Source: Octopus vulgaris
Lineage: Eukaryota
DNA length: 64,000 nucleotides
Reading direction: 5' to 3'
Assembly: GCA_951406725.2 (NCBI GenBank)
Contig: OX597819.1
Span: forward strand, 40,114,001-40,178,000
The position numbers were made by a program, and so were the translations under genes. The notes under the pieces are model-generated. The model saw only the letters and a program-made list of their open reading frames with translations, did no database searches and was not told the origin of the DNA. Below, one piece after another: positions 12,094 to 23,874 of this stretch. The stretch's first letter is position 1, and every line of letters starts with the position of its first letter.

Positions 12094-12469
12094 ATACATA
12101 TACATATGAGTGCATATACTCACACTCCTATACATATAAAAATATACATATACATAATAATGTAAATAAATAATATAAATTAGTAAACATATATATGTTC
12201 CACATTCAATGTTTCAGTTTTTCAACTTAATATTGTGATAATAAACATTGAACATGAGACATTTAAATGAAACTAGTATTAGTATTATTAACTTTTATTA
12301 AGACCATTGTACAAACTTAGATTTTTCACAGAATTTAGCTGATGGTTAACCCATATTTATGAAGCTAATTGCGAATTTACATTTACTAGCTTTTCCGAAA
12401 TTTAAAAAAATATTCATTCTCTTTTTTCTGCTCACTACTGTATATGTATACATATCATGATCACTTTTA

Positions 12470-14640
12470 CACCTGTTTTTGCATACTCGCATATGCTGGA
12501 GAGGTTTTCTCCAGCACTGTGTCTTGCCACCTACAGCAGTCACTTATCATCATTGTGAGATTCAATATCTTGAGGTCAGCATTCATCATTTTTTCATGTA
12601 TCTTCTTTGGTCTCCCTCTAAGTTTCTGCCCACTTGGATATCTTGGCTCTTCTTTATACAACTCACATCCCCCATAGACATAAAATATTCACACCAGAAC
12701 AGTATTCGCTGCTGCACACTACATCTGATTCCTCAGTTTTAGTGTTTTTCTCTTAGCTCATTTGTACTCCGTTATTCATACACATTACTCATTCGGCATT
12801 GTATGTTCACTTCATTTACTTCCAGCTATTACACATCTACATTCAACCATACAACACTGCAATTCATACACAACAGCCATACAGTCAACTCTTCACTTGA
12901 AGAAAGAATCACTTTGTTACCAGCAGAGAGAACAGAACACTGAATTTTTTCCCCATCATTCTTATTCTACTCCACTACCTAATGGTAAGAAAAGCAGTCA
13001 ATTACTTATATAGAATCATCCAGGAATTTGAGAAAATTTAATTCAAGGGTGCTCTTCTCTAACTGCTCCTGTACAAACAGCTACATATGAAATCTTTCTT
13101 CTATCAGCCTGCTTGTGATCACACTGCATCTCATGCACACCCAAACTTCCCATTTCGCACACAGTACAGAGTTCCTACTTACACCATTTTGCTTACTGAG
13201 TATGGTCACTCCCCTTATAGAAGCAGTAACCAGTCTTCTTTCCTGCTAAAATTTTGTCTTTGCTCAGTTTACTTTAAAGTCTCTTAATTCTAGGTTTTAC
13301 TTCCATGTTTGAAATTTGTTCTCTAATTCTTTGATAGATTCAACTATGAAAATTGCCTTCAACATTCACAAGTTCCTGTAGACTGTTGGTCATAAACCCC
13401 CCACCCATGTTACCCTGGAAAAGAATAACAAAGGGGAGGACAATGAGCAACAAAACCTGACAGAAACCTATTTGCATGCTAAATTCCTTACTGAACTCAT
13501 TGCCATCCCTCACTTTAGTCATGGAATCTCTATGCATAGTTTGTTCCTCACCTTGACCTAGTTTTCTTAGCCACCACCAGACTACAAAGTATAATAATCT
13601 GTCAAAGACCTACTGCAGGTCAACATATGCTAGGTATAGTATAGGAGCTTACTTTTTGGTTAAAGACTTCTATAGTCCTCTTACTAGAAAGAAAGGCCTC
13701 ATTAGTGCCTTATTCTGGCACAAATCCAAACTATGTCTCAATGAAGCTAATTTTCTTTTGAATTAGTTGCACTACATTCTATTATTTTCATAACTTTGTC
13801 CATTAGTTTGATATTTCTTTAGTTATTTTGAGAAGCATCTTTTTATTCCTTGTAGTAATTGATGATGATACCTCCATGCTGGTCATTGGAAATGGCCCCT
13901 TCTTATATTACCTGATGATTATGCAAATGACATGCCCTATTTTACCAGATATTTTTAGCATCTAAGCATCTATCCTTGATGGTCCAGCTGCTTTTCTTGC
14001 TCTTTTATCCTTAAAAGCAAATTTCAATCTTATAATTGTCAATTTTAATAGCTCTCTAATAAGTCCAGTTGGCTTAGTCCTTCTCTCCCCTACACATTCT
14101 CCTCATTCAGCAAAATTTCACAAAAGCTTTTCCATGTCTTGTCTTGCTTAAGATAAGAGTACACTGTTATCCTTACACATACACTTCTCACCAACTACAT
14201 CCTCATTCACACTCACTCACTTCTTTGCAATTTAAGTACTTCATGCTTTTCATTTTCATATCACAGAACATTGGCAAATCCCTTTCAGCTGCTTATCAGA
14301 ACATTATTAGGAGCTGATATTATCCATTCTTCACAGGCCTGTGTCTGAGCATTTACAACCTATCGATAGTACCATAGCTTCCACCACCAAAGTTTGAACT
14401 TTGTTTTGTCTACAGAGCTGGTCTATGGATCACAACAAGTTGTTTCATACAAATTCCCAGTTGTCTCTTATGTTGTAAATCTCTACTTTTTTGACATTTG
14501 CTTTAATCACTATTTCTCTGAACCTCCACCGAGTCAAGCGATTTTTCACTTTCCCTCTTACTTTAACATCATTGTTGAGTGTTTATTCTTCACCAACTAT
14601 CAATCCCATTTCCTGACTGATGAATGATGAGGTGATTGGC
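12470..14640 (-). mobile_element. Old degraded RTE-clade LINE (RT and C-terminal remnants)
   Basis: ORF fragments MHRDSMTKVRDGNEFSKEFSMQIGF and LRGRPKKIHEKMMNADLK resemble the RTE at 45.7 kb; boundaries approximate. Confidence 0.75.
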
Positions 14641-14941
14641 CTGTTTCCTGAAGTTTGTATGGCAAAAAGATTACAATTCCAGGATAATCATTAAAAAAAA
14701 AACAGGAGACAAACATTCAAATTACAATTTAAATAACAATATAATGTAATGATAATAGATTGAATTATGGACAAGGATTTGGGGTAAGTTTTAAAAAGTC
14801 ATTAATACAAATTTAATGAATAATCTTTCAAAAACAAAACAGGATGAAGGAACTGTATTTTGTAGACAGACTGCAGAGTGCCAGTAAAAAGTAGATTTCT
14901 ATTATTCAATGTTTCTTATTTCTAGAAGACAAAGCAATCAA

Positions 14942-15455
14942 CATCATCATCATCGTTTAACATCCACTTTCCATGCCAGCATGGGTTGGACGTGTGACTA
15001 GGAGGTTGGCGAACCAGATGGATGCACCAGGCTTCAATCTTGATCTGGCAGAGTTTCTACAGCTGGATGCCCTTCCTAACGCCAACTACTCTGAGAGTGT
15101 AGTGGGTGCTTTTACATACCACCAGCACGGAGCCAATCAGGTGGCACTAGCAACAACCTCGCTCGAATCGGTGACACATGCCACCGGTGCAGGTGCCAGT
15201 AAGGCGATGCTGGTAACGATCATGCTCGAATGGTGTTTTTATACGTGCCACCAGCACGGAGGCCAGATAGCCACTCTGGCAACGATCATGCTTGGATGGT
15301 GCTCTTAATACCCTACTAGCACAGGGCTCGAGTGCCAGTAGTGCAACGATCACGCTCGAACGGTGCCTTTTAAGTGCCACTGGCACGGAAGCCGGTTAGC
15401 AGCTCTGTCAATGACCACACTCGTATGGTGCTCTTTGCACCCCGCTAGCACAGAC
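14942..15455 (-). mobile_element. RTE 3'-end copy with about 5 tandem units
   Basis: Same tail, followed by repeated CGATCATGCTCGAATGGTG...TGCCACC units. Confidence 0.85.
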
Positions 15456-15787
15456 ATAGAGGATTATTTTAAAGCAGAGTTTAATAGCTGATGTCCTTTT
15501 CGGATGCCATCTCCCTTAGTTTCCTTTTACGATACGCAGCGATACAGTGTATCTATTCTAAAAATTGCGGTACATCTAGAATATACACACATATGGGTTC
15601 CCACACCGAGTCAACTCAAGGCTTTAATAGATAATTAACCAATGTCCCATGTGGTGAGATCAAACTTGGATGAACGTTGTTGAGAAGTGAACATTAAGAA
15701 CACACAGCTATGTCTGCGCCTAAAAAGATTAATCGGTAAGTCGATATAGTATATGGAAATTCACATGGAATTACAAGACCATAAAAC

Positions 15788-15822
<35 letters not shown>

Positions 15823-16202
15823 TATCGGACCAACCAACTATTCAAGGATACACTCAGAGAAGATCAGCTACTACAAACTGAATCATAGATCAACTTCTAG
15901 TGATAAAGCGACAACAAAACTGAAAGAAAATAAATTAAGCCGGTGCTCCAGCATGGCTGCAGTCCTACAACTGAAACCATTAAAACGAATAAAAGAACAG
16001 AAAAGGAACCGATGATGGTATGTACAATAAATTTTAATTGCCTATAAGTATGTTTGAAAATATCTGGTTTTAAAAAATACATAAATTTTGAAAATTGCTA
16101 TTTTCTAGAAGTTACTCAATATCATAAACTATCATGATGAATTTTGAACGTCAACAAAACTTTAGGAAATTATGTCAGTTATGGTGGGGTAAAGGGTGCA
16201 TT

Positions 16203-16510
16203 GGTACTACTTAAGAAGAATGGTCCCGGTGCGCGCACTCGCGTAGTCGCGCATCCGCACTAGCTAGGCATGACTATTCGATCCTTACTTTGTGTTTTTG
16301 TATTTTATTTACTTTGTTCAGTAAAATTATTTACTTTGTGTTTTTGTGTTTTATTTACTTTATTTTTTTTAAATTATTTACTTTGTGTAAAAAAAATAGT
16401 GTTTTATTTACTTTGCTAGGTAGTCGTAGGATCGACTAGTCACGACTAGCTAGCGCGGATGTGCGGCTACGCGAGTGCGCGCACCGGGACCACTCTTCTT
16501 AAATGGTACC
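16203..16510. mobile_element. MITE with about 85-bp GC-rich TIRs (GGTAC...GTACC) and 9-bp TSD GGGTGCATT (MULE- or Merlin-like)
   Basis: TSD at 16194-16202 and 16511-16519. Inverted arms GGTACTACTTAAGAAGAATGGTCCCGGTGCGCGCACTCGCGTAG...; interior of TATTTTATTTACTTTG tandem units. Confidence 0.9.
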
Positions 16511-17807
16511 GGGTGCATTTTCATTCAGCTTCAAGTCATTTTAATTCACTTAACTCGATGTTAAAAAAGACAGTTTAACACTTCTGTCGAATCCCGTATT
16601 TCGGTTAAAAAGAACAGCAAAATTAGTGCTTTCATTAGAATGCTAGCATGCCAATATGTGTTACTCTATGTTCTCGATTCAAGATCGATTTCACTGAATT
16701 ATTATAAGAGTCAACTTGATTTTATCATCCCCAACAAAATTTCGCCTTGTATAGTGTGAAAAGAAACCAATACGTCAATTAAAAGTAGCTTTCATTGACA
16801 GCGGCAGTTAAACAGCTTAAACGTACTTGATACAAAACAAAATTAAAATATTTAACAAGGTGTTGCTGCTGTTTAGTCCCACATCAATCCTGGTCAAGCA
16901 GACCAACGGTTATAGAGCATCCTAATTATTATAATAATTATTATTTGAGCAACAGTGTGTAAAACTGTGAGTGGCTTCGAAGTCAGAGGTTTGTCTGATG
17001 GGGGTGGGAGTCTAAATCCCATAAATTAATTGTGACTTTAATTACCGTGACTTCTTTTCTTGTGACTTATTTTTTGTGACTTTATTACCGGTCACCGTGG
17101 CTTAAGGGAAGCATAACTGCTATGTCTAGCAGCAACTACGTAGAGACCTGTCATTTAGCACTCAGTCTTAGTTTACCCATGATTGAACAAACTTTACTTT
17201 TGATAAAAAGTTGTTCCAATCGCGCGACCATTCTACCATTTAGTATGTCTACATGTAGTGAATTTCTTTATTTGAGAAGGTTGCATACTATTTGAGGGAA
17301 ATTTAACCGGTATTATTTCTAGCAGATTGAGCAACTGCTTTAAGACTCCCTCGTTAGCAAGTGCTGTGTTGTGATAGAAAGTAGTACATCCTTGTGGTGA
17401 GGATGTAAACAAAGAAAGAAAGAATATAAAATATATCCTCTCGCTACACAGAAATAGAAAAAGGACCTTAAAAGCAGTCAGAGTGAAAATACATTTACTG
17501 GAGAACATCTATTGCAGAAAAATATAACTTACGATGTCATTCAAACAAAAAGAATGTAAACACTGAAAAATTAGTCAACAGGTTTATACAGTAACAGGAA
17601 AAATATGTATGCTTTCGTTTCTCGTTCCAATTTTCATCCCAAGAAATCTGATTTAGCATTTAAAAAAACAAAAATCATATCGGATTTCTAAAAAAGTTGA
17701 CAGGAGTGAATGCGAGTGGGAAAATATTTTAAAAAACTAGCTTTATATGGTGTGCGTATATGAGGAATAAAAAAAACAAATATGCATATCGTTGAAATAA
17801 AGTTTCT

Positions 17808-18225
17808 GGATCTTTTCGGTTTGAACGGCAGTTTTTAACATAATTTCTAGGTAACTAAAAAATTTTTATAACTTCGTATACTGGTAGAATGTGTTTATAA
17901 AACATCTTTTTTCTCTTGGCTTTATTGAGAAAATTCTATAGTTTGTAAGATATTTGTTCTTGTCTTTTCTTCAGTTTCTGCAATTTCAACCAATCACTGA
18001 CGTCTATTGAAGTAAAGAACATACTGTGCAGCATGAATATGTCCCTCGTTTAAGAAACAGTTTGGGTTTATTTACATTTGTGAAGAAAAAAAAGATACCC
18101 TTTCCCCCACCCCTAACCCTAAAACAGATTGAAATGCAATAGATCGATACTAGGGTATTAATTATGGGTGACAATTTCATATGACACCGCTAGAAAAAAA
18201 ACTGCCGTTCAAACCGAAAAGATCC
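17808..18225. mobile_element. MITE copy 1, TIR GGATCTTTTCGGTTTGAACGGCAGTTTTT, 8-bp TSD AAGTTTCT
   Basis: Perfect terminal inverted repeats; TSD at 17800-17807 and 18226-18233; near-identical to 23449-23874. Confidence 0.92.
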
Positions 18226-18349
18226 AAGTTTCTAAACAATGCGGTGTAAAAACATTTGGTAGTAACGAAACTTAGGAAGTATAAGAATGTCTTTTCTTAC
18301 ACAGGCACAGTGTGGTAGACGTAGAATAACGAACAAGCATCTGACTTAC

Positions 18350-18515
18350 CAACATCGAGGACATGTACGTCCATAGGCCGTGTTGTCTCATAGTCTTCTC
18401 CGGAACAATAACCACCAAAAGAAAAGATTCTCTCCCAGAAACTGTTACAAATTGCTACTGCAGCATGGTTGACCCGTTTGGGACCACCTTCAAGATGTAT
18501 TGTCCACCTCTGCAT
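18350..18515 (-). CDS. KLHDC3: KLHDC3 orthologue, coding exon 1 (MQRWTIHLEGGPKRVNHAAVA...FSFGGYCSGEDYETTRPMDVHVLDV)
   Basis: Translation closely resembles the KLHDC3 N-terminus as I recall it (MLRWTVHLEGGPRRVNHAAVAVGHRVYSFGGYCSGEDYE). GTAAGT donor follows 18350; 166 nt, phase 1. An upstream acceptor (TTTTCTGCAG) at 18577-18576 indicates additional 5' exon(s). Confidence 0.95.
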
Positions 18516-18892
18516 GCTGCAATATCGTTCAGACCAATAAAAGTATGGAGAAAACCGCTTTAGGTAGCGAGGTTGCTGCAGAAAAGATAAAAAATGAAGT
18601 AAATGTATAATGTGATAATTAATTTTACACGATAGACTCCGTTATTATGCATTATATATCCCCTTCGACGACAATCTAGTCAACGGAAAGTGAAAACAAA
18701 AAGGGAGATAACTCTAAAGGACACGGCTTTAAATAATGCTAAGCATTTTTCTTTTCTTTTAAAACAGTTTGCAACTATTTCACACAGAAACATTATTAAT
18801 AATTTAAATACAATTTATCGCTTTTATACCACTTTTACGTGATGTGGAAGTATACAACAGTGTTACTCATCTTCAGTAACCAGGCAACTTAC

Positions 18893-19750
18893 CTAATTCT
18901 GCTTAATATCGGCTTCAAAGGTAATAGAAGCAAATATGTTATAATCACATCCTTCGCTTATATAAAAACAACTTTTGAAGATTATTGTTAATAAATAATA
19001 TATTACTTATCTAAATACCTCTATCGACATTTTAAAGAGCTAGCTCCCTTATAAATCTCTCTTTAGTCAAACAACAATGAATTCATGCCCTCATGACTGA
19101 CATGAGAAGCTTCTGGCAAAGCTGTTCAACTATTGACTCTATTTGTCATTAATCATCTGAATAATAAAAAAAATATTAGAAAAAAGAAAGACACCTTCAT
19201 ATGATATCGTTCCATAGCAGCGTCTGTTGACTAGACATTCTCTAATCCTCGCTATCAAAGCTTCAAGGCGTTTATTTCTATCACAAACCCAATTTTTTTT
19301 TCTGAATAATTTTTAAAACTAATAGTAATCCCTCACAATCATACGCATGCAACCACGCTATCTAGCTTTCCTTCACTTTGCACGAATATTATCCACAACC
19401 ATAACATCAAAACGCGGCCATCGAGAGCAAATAAACCCACAACGCAATATCGGTGGTTAGCTGAGAAGTTCGCTTTCAGGGTCGAACCCGTTTGGGTTAT
19501 AAACATTTGGTTAACGGAAACTGGTCAAGCACATCGTGTACGTACGTACATACAATTGTGTGTATAAGTGAATGTATGCATGCATGCATGTGTATTTATA
19601 TCTCTCGTTGATAGCTATCGGTTTAAGATATAAACAATGTCGAGGAAACCGAAAAACTTGTAGTTTTCAGATGCTCTATCTTGCTATACTTTTTTCCGTA
19701 CCGAGTTGTGAACACTCGCCTGCCAGTCCAGCTGTGAACTAGTGACTGGC
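18893..19750 (-). promoter_or_regulatory. Putative proximal promoter / alternative non-coding first exon of KLHDC3
   Basis: Consensus donor TAG/GTAAGT at 18893/18892, about 315 nt upstream of the acceptor at 18576. CpG-retaining unique sequence around 18.6-19.8 kb. Confidence 0.45.
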
Positions 19751-22284
19751 CCATTGGAAACCTGTAATCAACGACACTATTTACTGATTGCGATATAAAA
19801 TAAATAAATAACATGAAAAATGACTAAACCTCCTCGTATTTCTTCCAATTTTTGATGATGTTTCATATAATCTCTATAATTTTCATATAACCAAGGCTGT
19901 GTGATAAAGGTTTGACTAACCTTTGACAGAACAAAAAGTACTTCAACCTTAAATAGTCATCAGTCAACACAAGACGGATATTCTTTCCACTCATATGCTA
20001 TTTGGACAGTAGACTTTCACCCCTCTACAAATATAATACATCTAATTGATGTCTTTAGTAAAGCCTACACTTTTTTAAGCATTCTAGTTAGGAATCCAGT
20101 TTGAAGATACCTTTCTCTTTCCCTCTGTCTAACTAGTCTTGGAGGCATTATAAAGGGTCAAGGAACACTTCCCTCTTGCCTGAATAATCAAAAACTTAAC
20201 TACAATACACTTACCCTTGTATGTTCACAATTGGGATCAAAATTTTTTTTTTTTTAAATAGATTAGCCACCTTTAAGTAAGCCTTCACTTGCAAACCCAC
20301 AATAATAAGCATTTGAAATGAGGTGGGGTGAAATCAAGAGGTTTTACAAACCCTTTTGTTGTGAGATTGAACCAATTGATGCTGAGTTTAAACATTTGTC
20401 GATCAGGGTTGGCGGGTAACAAAAAAAAAAAACGAGTTCAAAGAAGGAATTCCAGTCCTGAGAAGGAATCCCTTAGGAAATGTTTAGTGAATGATCACCA
20501 AGAAATGATACAAATAGTGACAGTTGTTGGCTCACAAGAGTGTCTTTGTGGAGCTTGGTGGAAGGAATATCCAGATATCTTGTTCAGAAAATCTAAAAGC
20601 CATTCTAAGTCTGTGAGTGAGTGACTAAAATGTATTGTTGAATGAAACATTACCTATCATTTGAATGACCATTGAAATCAGTCTAGAACAATGATGTTTA
20701 CACATCACTGTTCTAAACTACCATGGCCTACATCATTCAAGGTTTCACCCATTGTTGACTACATGAAAACAAAAATACTTGAACACAAATTCAATTCAAA
20801 CAACAAAAAAACATCACTAACCATGTCTGAAACATAAAAATATTGAATTAAGTAAAGAAAAAATACAAACTATAACATCCCACTGTTGCCCATTAACAAT
20901 TGTGACCCATTTCTCTACCACGTAGCCCATTTTGTACACACAGCCCATTTTAGTTTACAGTGTGCGCATGTATGTCACTGCAGCACCATTTCTGATATGA
21001 TTAGTACTCCAATATGAGCTCCATTTGAGCTACAAGGAGTCATAAATGGATAAGGGCTGAAGCAGTTTCTAGCTCTAAAACTGAGGTCTAATGATTGCAA
21101 TGCAGTTACAACAATGAGAGATTCCATGAAATTGTTGGACAATAGCACTTACAATAATTCTGAGGGTTTTAGTTGGGTGTTCTTCATGTAAGGTACAAGA
21201 CTAATTCCTTAATATGTAAGGCAAATGTATTTGTGTTGCTCCAAAGAGACATGGCAGATTTATCTGTTTTAAGTAATACTCAGTTCTTGTTCATGAATCT
21301 GATGTAAACAGAGCATAAAATTGCATGTGGATGATATGTATGCAGAAGGTAAAGGAAGAACAACAATGTAATCAAGCTGACTATTAGTCCCAGATGATTA
21401 ACAGAAGACTGATGAAGATGTGAAGTGTTGGCTTCATCAAGAAGTGACTGAACATAATGATGGCGAGGTAAAGATTGAGTTTGGAAAAAGAAGTTAAGGG
21501 TGTTTGAAGTTGATGTGCTTGTTAGAAATATGGGCAGTAGATGGTACTAACCATTGCAAACAATTAAGAATGGCTAACAATTACAATGATTTCTGCTCTT
21601 CTAATTTTGTTATCTGTATAAGAATTCCACTTATTGCACTACATCTACTCTTCACATCACTCCAATTCTTGTTATTGACCTATACTCTGTACAAAACACT
21701 TTTCATAATTCTTCTTTTCCAAATTGTATCTCAATGGAACTTTTATCCTTATCATTTTATTTGAATCACGAACTTGCAAGAATTTAAACTAAATGTTAAA
21801 TTCCCCCTCGGTCTACAAGGATCTAAAAAGACTACGGTTCCTCTCCAGACAACTACTAAAAGAAAATAGAAACCTTATGAAAAATAATGCCTATCAAACT
21901 ATACTATATGGTATACATTACAGAAATAGAATATTTTTCCCACCCTATACAGAGAAAGAATAAAATAACAAATACATTTAAGAAAAGCAGTTGTTTTAGT
22001 TCACTGACGAAAAAAACCACATAGCTCCGGCAAGACAATAACAACATGCCAGACACCAGGAAACCACTCTCAAAGTTTCATCTATTAGAATAATTTAAAT
22101 ATTTGCATCATCTACACAGCAATGACTAGTCATGAAATAATTTCAAACTATATTTCAGCATTAAAAATTAAGGAAACATATCTTTAACTTAAACTAATTT
22201 AAAACATGTTTAAAGAGAAAAAAAATCTTTTATAAACCAATGAATATAATAAATTCCATTTATCTATTTTCTTCATTTAAATAG

Positions 22285-22402
22285 AAATTACTAATAAAAG
22301 CCATATTGAACCAAATATTTTTAAAATTGCTAATAAAAGCCATACTGAACCAAATATTTAAAAAATTACTAATAAAAGCCATATTGAACCAAATATTTTA
22401 AA
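22285..22402. repeat. Three-copy minisatellite, about 40-bp unit
   Basis: AAATT(A/G)CTAATAAAAGCCATA(T/C)TGAACCAAATATTT repeated three times. Confidence 0.9.
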
Positions 22403-23448
22403 CTCCAACAATAGCTAGAAACATGAGCAACAGAAAGTTGATTCATCATCAAAGGAAAGTTTAAAATGTTATCTACTGCCATTCAAACCATATTTAATCA
22501 TAAATTGTTGTCTTATCTCATTTCATTATACAACACAAATTTTATGTATTTCTTTTCTGTGGCTTAAAATTTGATGAACTCAAATCCTTTTATGTATAAT
22601 GGTCACATATGTCACACAAGATAGTATCAACTTATTTGTGAGTCTGCATACAATATGTTTATAGATTCATATTCTGCAATTAAATGATTGTGTATTTAAG
22701 AACAGCTAGATGGAGTTCATATTTGTATTATGAGTACTCTTCACTTCACATTGTGGCCAATTCTACCATTAGACTTTATCTAGGAAGAAATATATATGAA
22801 GAAATATGTATTGCTTCTTGTATCATTATCAGCAACTTGATACCACTGGTTTCCATTGGCTACAGTTTTCTCTTCATCCATCCATGTGATATTAGACTCT
22901 CTCTTCAATTATGAATATTCTGTATCATATACACTCTCGGAGTGGTTGGCGTTAGGAAGGGCATCCAGCTGTAGAAACCCTGCCAAATCAGATTGGAGTC
23001 AAATCGTCCAACCCATGCTAGCATGGAAAGCAGACGTTAAATGATGATGATGATAATGATATACTTTTCAATCTTCCTCTCTTTTTCCTACTGGTGGTTT
23101 CCATTTAAAAGTTGTTTTAGAATGACTTTATTCTGGGAGCTGAGGTATGTGACCTTTTAGTTTTAATCTTCATTCTGATGATTTTGCTATGTGGACTTTT
23201 GTTGGCTCTCTTTAGAATGTTATCATTGGTTATGTGGTCTTTCCAGTATGTTTTTAAAATCCTTCCCAAGCATTTTTGGTAAAACACATCTAACTTTCTG
23301 TTAATTTTTCACTGAGCTGTTTCCTGTCTTATTAATACAGAGAATTGTTGCTTCCTGTACCTCCGTATAATTTCTCAAATCATTACACACTGTTCAGTAA
23401 GTTTTCAATTGATAAGTAACTATTCTACTCTGTTCCTATACAAAACTC

Positions 23449-23874
23449 GGATCTTTTCGGTTTGAACGACAGTTTTTAACATAATTTCTAGGTAACTAAA
23501 AAATTTTAAACTTTGTATACTGGTAGAATGTGTTTATAAAACATATTTTTCTCTTGGCTTTATTGAGAAAATTCTATAGTTTGTAAGATATTTGTTGTTT
23601 TTTTTTCTTCAATTTCTGCAATTTCAACCAATCAGTGACGTCTATTGAGGTAAAAAACATTCTGTGCCGTATGAATATGTCCCTCATTTAAGAAACAGAT
23701 TGGGTTTATTTACATTTGTGAAGAAAAAAAATACCCTTCCCCCACCCCTAACCCTAACTATCCCTAACCCTAAAACAGGTTGAAATGCAATAGATCGATA
23801 CTAGGGTCATAATTATGGGTGACAATTTCATATGACACTGCTAGAAAAAACTGCCGTTCAAACCAAAAAGATCC
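23449..23874. mobile_element. MITE copy 2 of the same family, 8-bp TSD CAAAACTC
   Basis: TSD at 23441-23448 and 23875-23882; same TIRs and interior as 17808-18225. Confidence 0.92.

Noticed and set aside
20209-20260. GTAAGT donor at 20214 as another 5' exon
   Set aside because: No convincing matching acceptor, and it lies next to a degraded LINE-like stretch.
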